Assembly (NCBI GenBank): GCA_041658285.1
Contig: JBBAAP010000002.1
Span: forward strand, 44,252-108,251
Reading direction: 5' to 3'
Source: Candidatus Brocadiia bacterium
GTDB lineage: Bacteria > Planctomycetota > MHYJ01 > JACQXL01
Length of the DNA stretch: 64,000 nt
This document shows positions 37,071 to 45,450 of the stretch, piece after piece. Position 1 is the first letter of the stretch. The number at the start of each line of letters is the position of its first letter. A model generated the notes under the pieces. The model saw only the letters and a program-made list of their open reading frames with translations, ran no database searches and was not told where the DNA came from. Position numbers and translations under genes: made by a program.

Positions 37071-37745
37071 CTAACGGAAATTATTCACGCTAAACTCGTA
37101 AATAATCCGGGTTAATACCTTAAAATTGGCGGTTTTATAGTATCTGCGCTGGTCGGACTCCAGCAGTGAACCCAGCTTGACGGCGTAATCGTTCGGTTTT
37201 AGCGCGCTTATGACTTCTAATATCTGCCCGGCGGTTTCCCGGCTGGTTTGCGGCTTGACCCCTTTTTTCAGCAGGAACTCGATGTCAAAGGCATCACGGA
37301 TTTCCTTGCGGTCGAGAAACGCCTCTATTTTAGCCTGCATCATGTCGTCAAGCGATACGGCCCGGACCGGCACCTGGATGTCGGCATAACGGCTGTAGGC
37401 TATGGCCGATTCGGTCTTGATGTCTTTTTTCTCTTTGCGCACTTCTATTTTCAAACTGCGCGGAAAGTCCTTTGATTTGAGCTCCAGCAGAATGGTGTAG
37501 AATTTGTTCCGGCTGTCTTTCAGGGTGTACGCTCCGGACAAGCATTCTTTCAGGTTTTTGTATAACCCGGCCCGGTCAAGGTCATTGGTAATCCAGAAAT
37601 CAAGGTCTACGGAAAATCGGTTTAACCCGAAACACAGCCTGAGCATGGTCCCGCCGCCAAAGGTCAGGTTGCCCAACAACCGGGCGCTGTTGAGTTTGTC
37701 CAGAACCTCCATCTCAAACCGTTCCTGCTTGATCAAGTCTTGCAT
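37071..37745 (-). CDS. abiEii: AbiEii/AbiGii-family nucleotidyltransferase toxin (type IV TA)
   Basis: FGGGTMLRLCFGLNRFSVDLDFW matches the AbiEii GGTAL...R.S.DIDF nucleotidyltransferase motif. It is 224 aa and sits 4 nt downstream of the partner gene. Confidence 0.75.
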   Translation of the reverse strand: MQDLIKQERFEMEVLDKLNSARLLGNLTFGGGTMLRLCFGLNRFSVDLDFWITNDLDRAGLYKNLKECLSGAYTLKDSRNKFYTILLELKSKDFPRSLKIEVRKEKKDIKTESAIAYSRYADIQVPVRAVSLDDMMQAKIEAFLDRKEIRDAFDIEFLLKKGVKPQTSRETAGQILEVISALKPNDYAVKLGSLLESDQRRYYKTANFKVLTRIIYEFSVNNFR

Positions 37746-37748
37746 ATT

Positions 37749-38366
37749 TTATCCCTTGCGCACCATCAATAACTTATTAATCGCCGATTGCGTCCGGAGC
37801 GGGAATCTCCCGGCAATCCGCCTTAGTTCTTTCCTGTCCAGCCGGCCTAACGACAGCGAATTTAAATCCGGACGATATTTGCCGATGGAATAGAGATAGA
37901 GCGTATCTGCCAGAGCCTTTTCCGGCGTAGCGATAAAAATGCCGTCTTTTTTGACAAACCCGAAGTAAAGCCGTTTTTTCAGTTTGTAGTAGTTAAAGGC
38001 AACGCCTTTGATGTCATATTTGATGGAACGCTTAAGCGCGGCGCTTTCCGTAAAATTGCGCTGGACCTGGGTGGTCATGTCATAAATCCCCAGGGCGGTC
38101 ATAAATGAAATATAAGACGGCACCTGGAGAAAATTGGCGGCCTTTAAAAGCTCTTCAGACGATACATCAGCCCATTTCTGGGAAAAAGCGTAGACATTAT
38201 TTTTTAGCCGGGTGAATATGCCGTTTTTTACGTACCGGCTGCAGAGAACCCTGATTGATGCCGGCTTTATGCCCAGGACTCTTTGGAGTTCGACCGGGGT
38301 AAAATACATTTTTGACTGCAATGACGACAATTTGGGATAATTCATATTAACCCGCTTCTTCCGCAT
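37749..38366 (-). CDS. abiEi: AbiEi-family antitoxin / transcriptional regulator
   Basis: It is about 200 aa and sits immediately upstream of abiEii. It has an N-terminal winged-helix-like region. Confidence 0.55.
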   Translation of the reverse strand: MRKKRVNMNYPKLSSLQSKMYFTPVELQRVLGIKPASIRVLCSRYVKNGIFTRLKNNVYAFSQKWADVSSEELLKAANFLQVPSYISFMTALGIYDMTTQVQRNFTESAALKRSIKYDIKGVAFNYYKLKKRLYFGFVKKDGIFIATPEKALADTLYLYSIGKYRPDLNSLSLGRLDRKELRRIAGRFPLRTQSAINKLLMVRKG

Positions 38367-38554
38367 CTCATACTATGTATGAAAAAACAGCCATTCGTAA
38401 TCCCGGACCCAGGTGCCGGCATAGCGGCCATAACCATATTTATGGCAATTATGGTAAACATACTTAATTAACGTTTTTGTTAACTATATATTCTTAGTAA
38501 AATATGTCAATAAAAACTGAATTATGCGGAGAACCTTAATTTTACCACGAATTG

Positions 38555-39094
38555 TCACGAATGTTGCTTAAATGAAGGATGCTTCTTGTCCTTCTCCGAT
38601 ACCAGAGGGTTCTGAACCGGCCAGGCGATGGCGATATCCGGGTCGTTCCAAATAATTCCCCGGTCGTTGGCGGGCGAGTATTCTTCCGTACACTTATATA
38701 TCACGTCTGCCTGGTCGCTCAGCACCACGAACCCGTGCGCAAACCCGGCCGGCACATAGAGCATCATCTTGTTCAGCTCGGACAATTCGGCGCTGACCCA
38801 TTTGCCGTAGGTCGCGGACTTCCTGCGGATATCCACGGCCACGTCCCAGATCGCCCCCTTGACGCACCTGACCAGCTTGCCCTGCGCCTTGGGCGATTTC
38901 TGGTAATGCAAACCCCTTAATACGTTCCTGATTGAGTAAGAATGATTGTCCTGCAGGAAGTGCTCGGGTATGCCCATCGCGGTAAACTCGCTGTGCTTGT
39001 AGGTCTCGATGAAGAACCCGCGGGAGTCGGCAAAGACCTTGGGCTCGATGAGCACGACCTCGGGGATGGATAGTTTGGTAAAATTAAAACTCAT
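38555..39094 (-). CDS. rfbC: dTDP-4-dehydrorhamnose 3,5-epimerase
   Basis: It has the cupin fold motifs RGLHYQ, GKLVRCVKGAIWDVAVDIR and GFAHGFVVLSD. It is 179 aa. Confidence 0.9.
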   Translation of the reverse strand: MSFNFTKLSIPEVVLIEPKVFADSRGFFIETYKHSEFTAMGIPEHFLQDNHSYSIRNVLRGLHYQKSPKAQGKLVRCVKGAIWDVAVDIRRKSATYGKWVSAELSELNKMMLYVPAGFAHGFVVLSDQADVIYKCTEEYSPANDRGIIWNDPDIAIAWPVQNPLVSEKDKKHPSFKQHS

Positions 39095-39245
39095 AGTTAC
39101 CTTTCACCACAAAGGACACTAAGGACACAAAGAATACTTTTACATTTTCCCCATTCGCTAAGTTTACCCTGAGTATTATCGAAGGGCTCAGTGAGACTAC
39201 GCTCTCTATGATATATAGTCTATCGTCTTTTGTCTTTTTCCGAAA

Positions 39246-39443
39246 TCACATCTTCATCAGCCGGTCGACCATTTTCCTGAACGGTTTAGCCCGGTGGTTG
39301 ATAAATTCGTTATATTGGGTAACAAATTCCAGGTAGCTATCAACCCCGGTTTTACGGTTTTTGAAGGGATTATGCCGGTTTTTTGCTACCGCCCGCATGT
39401 CACGGGAAATAGCCGTTTGCTCAATCGTTTTAAGGGAAATCAT
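39246..39443 (-). CDS. Small basic protein (65 aa), downstream partner of the nucleotidyltransferase
   Basis: It overlaps the upstream gene by 4 nt (ATGA). I recognise no motifs. Confidence 0.3.
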   Translation of the reverse strand: MISLKTIEQTAISRDMRAVAKNRHNPFKNRKTGVDSYLEFVTQYNEFINHRAKPFRKMVDRLMKM

Positions 39444-40009
39444 AGCCCGTAACTCCGGTATAGTTTATTATATACATTGGCCATTTCAAACATGCTAAAA
39501 TACTTCTTTAACAACTTCCAGTCAAGCTTATTTCTATGGAGCGACATCAGCGCTTCGATATCGGGCAGGTCCTGCTTTTGGCGGACGGGGTCGTTATTGA
39601 TGGCCTGAAGTTTCAGGCCGATGATGTCTTCGGGCTTCAATACCCTGATTTTAAGCGCTCCGTTGAATATCTCTTTCTTACCGGCCCGTTTGAGCATCCC
39701 CAGGCTGACCGGGCGAAAGGCATACAAAAAGTCCACCTCGCCAAAAACATTCAAGTCTGAAACATATTGCCCCACGTTCTCGGTCTGGAAACGGCATTGA
39801 TAGCCGAGTTTCTTCATAATGACGTCAATTTGGTCGATATCGTCCCGGTCGGCCAGGAAATCTATATCCACGGTAGACCTCCCGGCGCCCCACAGCCCCA
39901 TGGCAAAACCGCCTATCAGCGCGTATTTGACACCTGACCGATCAAAGGCGACCAGCAGTTTCTGAAGCACTAATTTGAAGTCCATATATTTAGCCCTATT
40001 TTTAACCAC
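39440..40009 (-). CDS. Nucleotidyltransferase-fold protein sharing the AbiEii-like GG..A..L....R.S.DIDF motif
   Basis: IGGFAMGLWGAGRSTVDIDFLADRDD. The length is 189 aa. Confidence 0.55.
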   Translation of the reverse strand: MVKNRAKYMDFKLVLQKLLVAFDRSGVKYALIGGFAMGLWGAGRSTVDIDFLADRDDIDQIDVIMKKLGYQCRFQTENVGQYVSDLNVFGEVDFLYAFRPVSLGMLKRAGKKEIFNGALKIRVLKPEDIIGLKLQAINNDPVRQKQDLPDIEALMSLHRNKLDWKLLKKYFSMFEMANVYNKLYRSYGL

Positions 40010-40138
40010 GAAAGCCCGAAAAACTAAAAATTACTTTTATTCAACAGGGACTGAACGAGACCTTACTTTTTACAAGTCTCTTTATAGTCTATTTAAGTCC
40101 ATGTTAACACTATTCAGTGGCTTCAGTGCTCTCAGCGG

Positions 40139-41020
40139 TTATATTCCTTTGTTAAGAAATTTCTCCAGATATTGGCCGTAGGAGCTCTTTTTCAACGGTT
40201 CTATCAGTTTCTTAAACTGTTCTTTATCTATATAGCCCAATTCATAAGCCAGTTCTTCGACGCAGGCAATCTTCTGTCCCTGCCTCTTTTCGATAATAGC
40301 AATGAACTCGCTGGCCTCCAAGAGGTTCTCGCAGGAGCCGGTGTCCAGCCAGGCCGTTCCGCGGCCCAATAATTCCACCCTCAAAGCATTCTTCTTGAGG
40401 TATTCGCGGTTGACGTCGGTTATTTCCAGCTCGCCCCGGGCCGAGGGCTTGATGGACTTGGCTACCTTGACCACATTGTTATCGTAATAATACAGGCCGG
40501 TGACGGCGTAGTTTGATTTAGGATGCGCGGGCTTTTCCTCTATTGACAGCGCCTTGCCGGACTTGTCAAAATCGACCACGCCGTAGGCGACCGGGTTCTG
40601 GACGTAATAGCCGAATACCGTGGCGCCACGCTGAGCTTTGACATCGGCCACCACCCGCTTCATCAGGTTGGTCAGCCCGTGCCCGTAAAAGATGTTGTCG
40701 CCCAGCACCAGGCAGACGTCGTCCTTGCCGATGAACTCTTCACCGATGAGAAACGATTCGGCCAGACCCTTGGGCTGGAGCTGTTCTTTGTAGCTGAGCT
40801 TCAGGCCCAGGTGCGCGCCGTCGCCGAAGATAGCCTTGAACCGGGGCAGGTCCTGGGGTGTGGAGATTATCAGGATTTCCCGGATGCCGGATATCATCAG
40901 GATAGACAAGGGGTAGTATATCATCGGCTTGTCGTAAACGGGCAATAACTGCTTGCAGACGGCCTGAGTGATGGGATAGAGCCGGGTGCCGCTACCGCCG
41001 GCTAAGATGATACCTTTCAT
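40139..41020 (-). CDS. rfbA: Glucose-1-phosphate thymidylyltransferase
   Basis: [18 protein letters not shown]...[17 protein letters not shown] is canonical RmlA. It is 293 aa. Confidence 0.9.
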   Translation of the reverse strand: MKGIILAGGSGTRLYPITQAVCKQLLPVYDKPMIYYPLSILMISGIREILIISTPQDLPRFKAIFGDGAHLGLKLSYKEQLQPKGLAESFLIGEEFIGKDDVCLVLGDNIFYGHGLTNLMKRVVADVKAQRGATVFGYYVQNPVAYGVVDFDKSGKALSIEEKPAHPKSNYAVTGLYYYDNNVVKVAKSIKPSARGELEITDVNREYLKKNALRVELLGRGTAWLDTGSCENLLEASEFIAIIEKRQGQKIACVEELAYELGYIDKEQFKKLIEPLKKSSYGQYLEKFLNKGI

Positions 41021-41095
41021 TTTATGCTCCTAACTTTTAGTACACAGATTAACCTGATTTAGCTGATAGTTTATTTCCCAGTTAAATCAACCCTG

Positions 41096-41371
41096 CTAAA
41101 TCCTTTGTGAAACTATTTTATAAACTACGGAGCGGTGCAAAATAGCCAAAACCCATACCTCGTTTTTGTTTACCTTATAAACAACCCGGTAGTCCCCGAC
41201 GCGCAGTTTCCAGTATCCACTCAAGGGCTTGCGCAGGGGGTGCCCGTATTTTTCTGGTTCAATGGTCAGCCGCGTTTCTATGGCGGTTGATATCCTGACA
41301 CGGGCGGTCTTGTCAATCGCCGGGATGTCGCTTTCCTTAACCTTATGGTGGTATAAAATTGTATAGGCCAT
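41096..41371 (-). CDS. RelE/ParE-family type II toxin
   Basis: It is 91 aa and has the RelE/StbE-like core GYWKLRVGDYRVVYKVNKNEVWVLAILHR. Confidence 0.75.
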   Translation of the reverse strand: MAYTILYHHKVKESDIPAIDKTARVRISTAIETRLTIEPEKYGHPLRKPLSGYWKLRVGDYRVVYKVNKNEVWVLAILHRSVVYKIVSQRI

Positions 41372-41378
41372 ATAGCCG

Positions 41379-41609
41379 TTATTTGGGAAATACCTGCCGG
41401 TGGGTCAGGGCTTTCTTGCGGTTAAATGTCCGCTCGCGCTCTTCGGCAACGCCGGTCAAGACTACGTCCTCGAAGTATTCAAGGCTCATACTGACCAGGT
41501 CCCGGACTTTATAAGAAAGCGAGACTCCGTCGTCATGGGCTAATTTTCTTATGGCCTGGTAAATGGGACGGTCTAAGACTACATTTATTCTGGGGTTCTT
41601 GGCTGACAT
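41379..41609 (-). CDS. Ribbon-helix-helix (CopG/ParD-like) antitoxin
   Basis: MSAKNPRINVVLDRPIYQAIRKLA is the RHH beta-strand and helix. The start is at the ATG at 41609, preceded by the Shine-Dalgarno sequence AAGGAG. The ORF-table N-terminal extension is unlikely to be real. Confidence 0.6.
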   Translation of the reverse strand: MSAKNPRINVVLDRPIYQAIRKLAHDDGVSLSYKVRDLVSMSLEYFEDVVLTGVAEERERTFNRKKALTHRQVFPK

Positions 41610-41748
41610 ATTAATGACTCCTTTCAACTGTAGTGTTACACTTCTGTAACACCTTGTCAAGAAATATTCAGTCATAGATTAGCATATATTTAACCACAGA
41701 TTAACACGAATAATAACGACTCCCGAAATAAATCTGTGTAATCTGTGG

Positions 41749-43314
41749 CTACGCGTATTTTCCTCGAAGTTCACGGTAGAGCGTTTTGCCGCTGGCCGTC
41801 CGGGGAATATCAACAGACTTGATAAAAACGACGCTCTTGGGCTTTTTATAGGCCGCCATCTTGTCGCGGCAGTAATCGATTATCTCTCTCTCGGTAGAGG
41901 TCTGACCTTCTTTGAGAACTATAAACGCCTTGACCGATTCACCCCATTTGTCGTCGGGCACGCCGATGACGGCGGATTCGAAAACCTTGGGATTGAGGGC
42001 CAGCGCCTCTTCGACCTCGGAGGGATAGACGTGCTCGCCACCGGTGATGATCATATTGTCCTTGCGGTCGACCAGGTAGTAATAGCCGTCGGCATCCTTT
42101 TTGGCCATATCGCCGGCGCTGAACCATTGGCCTTTGAAAACGGACTTGGTCTTGTCGGGCAGTTTGTAGTAGCCGTCAAAGAGCATCGGGCCGCGGGAAT
42201 AGAGCTCGCCCACCTGCCCGGCCGGCAGTTCCTTACCGGCGGAGTCGAGTATCTTGATGCGGTCGGTGCCGATGGATTCCTTGCCGATAGAGCCGGCCTT
42301 GCTGAGCTGTTCTTCAGGCCTGAGGATGGTGACAATACCGGCCTCGGTGGAGCCGTAGCCTTCGTAGAGCCGGGCGTTGGTGAAATATTCCATCACCCGC
42401 TTCTTGATTTCGCCCCGGGCCGGCGCCGAGGAGCACAACAGCTTGTTTATGGAGGACACGTCGTATTTAGCCCGGACATCGGCCGGCAGGCCGAGTATCA
42501 GGTTGTAATGGGTGGGGATGAGCGAGATAAAGGTGGCCTTTTCCCGGGCGACGATACCCAGGATTTCTTCGGGGTTGAAGTTCCGGGCCGGATGGACGTA
42601 GATACCGCCGCCGATATAGGTGAAGGTGAACGAGAAATAGGTGGTGTTAACGTGGCAGAGCGGCATAACGTTGAGGCAGATATCGTCCGGCCGGAAACTG
42701 AAATCACCGGCGTTTATGAGGTAGAATGCAATATATGATTCGTGCGACCGGAGCACGCCCTTGGGCTTGCCGGTGGTGCCCGAGGTATAGAGCAGAACCC
42801 AGGTGTCTTTGGGGTCGACCCGAATGCCGGGGTCCTTGTCCGGCGCGCTGTTCAGCCAGGATTCGTAATCAGATAAATTAGAGATTTGAGATTTGGAATG
42901 CGGGATATGGGATTTTATCTCAATGTAATGTTTTATTTGCGGCAGCTGCGGCTTTATTTGTTCAATCAGCGGAATGAATTCATCGTGGACGAAGAAGGCC
43001 TTGCTGTCGGCGTCGGCGGCGATGTAGGCGACGTCGGCCGGGCTAAGCCGGAAGTTTATGGGGTTGATGACGATACCGGTCCGGGCGCAGGCCAGATAGA
43101 GCTCGATGATTTCCAGGCAGTTTTCCAGCAGGCAGGAGACCTTGTCGCCCTTCTTGAGCCCCAACCCGAGCATGGCGTTGGATAATTTATCAATACGGGT
43201 GTTAAGCTGACTGAAGGTCAACAGCCGGGACTTGTCCTTAAGCGCCATCCGGTCCGCATACTTGGCGGCGTTGACCCGGAGCGTCTCGGCTAAGTTAAGC
43301 CATAATGCTGACAT
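41749..43314 (-). CDS. AMP-dependent synthetase/ligase (acyl-CoA or acyl-carrier ligase)
   Basis: It has the AMP-binding motif LYTSGTTGKPKGV, plus the GYGSTE and GEL motifs. Confidence 0.8.
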   Translation of the reverse strand: MSALWLNLAETLRVNAAKYADRMALKDKSRLLTFSQLNTRIDKLSNAMLGLGLKKGDKVSCLLENCLEIIELYLACARTGIVINPINFRLSPADVAYIAADADSKAFFVHDEFIPLIEQIKPQLPQIKHYIEIKSHIPHSKSQISNLSDYESWLNSAPDKDPGIRVDPKDTWVLLYTSGTTGKPKGVLRSHESYIAFYLINAGDFSFRPDDICLNVMPLCHVNTTYFSFTFTYIGGGIYVHPARNFNPEEILGIVAREKATFISLIPTHYNLILGLPADVRAKYDVSSINKLLCSSAPARGEIKKRVMEYFTNARLYEGYGSTEAGIVTILRPEEQLSKAGSIGKESIGTDRIKILDSAGKELPAGQVGELYSRGPMLFDGYYKLPDKTKSVFKGQWFSAGDMAKKDADGYYYLVDRKDNMIITGGEHVYPSEVEEALALNPKVFESAVIGVPDDKWGESVKAFIVLKEGQTSTEREIIDYCRDKMAAYKKPKSVVFIKSVDIPRTASGKTLYRELRGKYA

Positions 43315-43400
43315 CAGAAATACCTTTTTAGTAAGCGGATTAAGCTGATTTCACGGATAATTCTCAATCTGCAATTTGAAATCTGTAATCTCCCGTCCTC

Positions 43401-44729
43401 CTAGGCCTTAACTATCCTGCTTCTATTCTTGGTAACATTCTTGGTGGCGTTACGGCTGTCTATGACCAGCCGGCTGTTGTTGACTATCAACTGATAGTCG
43501 TAGGCGGTGTGGTCGGTAGCGATGACCACAGCGTCGTATTTCCTGAGCATCGGCACGGTCAGCTTTTGGGACTTGAACGGCGGCAGTTTGTAGTGCCTGA
43601 GTTCGGGCAGAGCCGGTATGTGCGGGTCGTTATACTGGACCCGGGCGCCCTTTTCCATAAAGAGCTCTATCAGCTTCAGGGCCGGCGATTCGCGCATATC
43701 GTCGACGTCTTTCTTGTAGGCCACGCCAAGGATGAGAATGCTGGAACCCTTGAGCGATTTGCCCAGATTGTTGAATTTCTCGGCGGTCTTGTTAACGACA
43801 TAATAAGGCATAGCCAGATTGACCTCACCGGCCAGCTCGATGAACCTGGTGGGCGTCTCGTACTGGCGCGCCTTCCAAGACAGGTAAAACGGGTCGATGG
43901 GGATGCAGTGCCCGCCCAAGCCGGGGCCGGGATAGAACGGCTGGAATCCGAATGGCTTGCTGGAGGCGGCGTTGATGACCTCCCAAACGTCGATGCCCAT
44001 CTTGTCAAAAAGCACCTTGAGCTCGTTGACCATAGCTATATTGATGCAGCGGTAGATATTTTCCAGCAGTTTGGTCGATTCAGCGGCCCGGGTCGATGAG
44101 ACGGGTACGACCTTCATAACCACCGCACCGTAGAGCGCCTGGGCCAGGACGCGGCTGTCCGGGTCGTCGGCGCCGACCACCTTGGGTATCTTTTCGGTAG
44201 AGTATTTAGCGTTGCCAGGGTCTTCGCGTTCAGGCGAAAAGGCCAGGAAGAAATCCTTAGCCGCCTTGAGCCCGGTCTGCTCCAGTATGGGCAGGCAGAC
44301 TTCGTCGGTGGTGCCGGGATAGGTGGTGCTTTCCAGGACGACCAGCTGTCCCTTGCGCAGGGTCCGGCGGATGGTCTGGGTGGTGTTGACGATGTATGAC
44401 ATATCCGGGTCGCGCATAATGGTCAACGGCGTGGGCACGCAGATGATGATGGCGTCCATATTCTTGAGCTGGCCGAAATCAGTCACGGCCTTGAACCCGC
44501 GCTTGAGCCTGATATCGTTGATGCTTTCAGCGGTAATATGCTTGATGTAAGACTTGCCGGCGTTCAGAGCGGACACCTTTTTATGATCGATATCAAACCC
44601 GGTCACGGGGAATCCGCGCAGTGCGAAGAGCCGGGCCAGCGGCAGGCCAACATAGCCCATGCCGATAATGCCGACTTTGGCTTTGCGTGTCTTTATCCGA
44701 TTCATCAGGTTGGCGGCTAACGGTTTCAT
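43401..44729 (-). CDS. UDP-sugar 6-dehydrogenase family (UDP-N-acetyl-D-mannosamine/glucosamine dehydrogenase-like)
   Basis: It has the N-terminal Rossmann VGIIGMGYVGLPLA and the catalytic Cys region GGHCIPIDP. The start is set at MKPLAAN. The ORF-table start at 44792 adds 21 aa that are probably spurious. Confidence 0.8.
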   Translation of the reverse strand: MKPLAANLMNRIKTRKAKVGIIGMGYVGLPLARLFALRGFPVTGFDIDHKKVSALNAGKSYIKHITAESINDIRLKRGFKAVTDFGQLKNMDAIIICVPTPLTIMRDPDMSYIVNTTQTIRRTLRKGQLVVLESTTYPGTTDEVCLPILEQTGLKAAKDFFLAFSPEREDPGNAKYSTEKIPKVVGADDPDSRVLAQALYGAVVMKVVPVSSTRAAESTKLLENIYRCINIAMVNELKVLFDKMGIDVWEVINAASSKPFGFQPFYPGPGLGGHCIPIDPFYLSWKARQYETPTRFIELAGEVNLAMPYYVVNKTAEKFNNLGKSLKGSSILILGVAYKKDVDDMRESPALKLIELFMEKGARVQYNDPHIPALPELRHYKLPPFKSQKLTVPMLRKYDAVVIATDHTAYDYQLIVNNSRLVIDSRNATKNVTKNRSRIVKA

Positions 44730-44792
44730 AATGGTACTCTTCTTTCTAATCGCCGTTAATCGGCGAGCCGGAGCTTGGGCTCCAGACTTCAT

Positions 44793-45215
44793 TTATCCGG
44801 GTTTATTATTAAACAATTTAGGGTCAATATTGTCCTGCCCGCCGCATTCGGGCGTGTAGCAGGTAACATTGGTAAAATCGCATTTGGCATTGCAGTTGGG
44901 ACAGGGAGCCGGCGGCGTTCGGGCTTCAAGCGTGTAGCCACATTCGGAACAACGCCACTTGGGTAGAATAGAATCTTTATAAGACGTGTTATCCAGCGCC
45001 AGGAACAGACGGGCAGGGTCAAAACCCGTCAAGACCTCGTTACCGACAACAATTACCGGGACAAAACGCTGGCCGGAGACCTTGACCACCTCGGTCCGGT
45101 CCGGGTCACCGGAGACATCTATATTCTCAAAGCTTATCTGCCGGCCCTTGAGGTAGGCCTTGAGCCTGATGCACTCCAGGCAGGACGGGATGGAATAAAC
45201 CTTAACCTTTTTCAT
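44793..45215 (-). CDS. Glutaredoxin-like domain (CLEC) fused to a C-terminal rubredoxin-like zinc ribbon
   Basis: The N-terminus has the thioredoxin-fold VYSIPSCLECIRLK. The C-terminus has WRCSECGY...CPNC. Confidence 0.6.
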   Translation of the reverse strand: MKKVKVYSIPSCLECIRLKAYLKGRQISFENIDVSGDPDRTEVVKVSGQRFVPVIVVGNEVLTGFDPARLFLALDNTSYKDSILPKWRCSECGYTLEARTPPAPCPNCNAKCDFTNVTCYTPECGGQDNIDPKLFNNKPG

Positions 45216-45216
45216 A

Positions 45217-45450
45217 TCATTCCTTGAGCAGTTCTTCTATCCGAATCGGGTCAAAGCCGATGACTATCTGGTCATCCATGGTAATGACCGGCACGCCGTA
45301 CTGGCCTGAGACCTCAAGCAATTCCTTGGCGTTGTCCGGGTCCTTGGAAACGTCGATATCCTCGAACAAAATATTGCGGCGGCTGAGGAAGTCCTTGACC
45401 TTTACGCACCAGGGACAGGTAGGCGTGCTGTAAACCTTTACCGTTTTCAT
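45217..45450 (-). CDS. Glutaredoxin-like protein (NrdH/YruB family, CPWC)
   Basis: VKVYSTPTCPWCVKVKDFL. It is 77 aa. Confidence 0.7.
   Translation of the reverse strand: MKTVKVYSTPTCPWCVKVKDFLSRRNILFEDIDVSKDPDNAKELLEVSGQYGVPVITMDDQIVIGFDPIRIEELLKE

Noticed and set aside
39103-39130. A 24/26 nt match between intergenic GGACACTAAGGACACAAAGAATAC and the coding sequence 56605-56630 (GGACACAAAGGACACAAAGAATAC) in the giant OM protein
   Set aside because: The core is a short GACACAAAG duplication. A 17-mer match by chance in 64 kb is not very improbable, and one copy is inside a coding frame. I recorded it but consider it likely coincidental unless a genome-wide search shows more copies.
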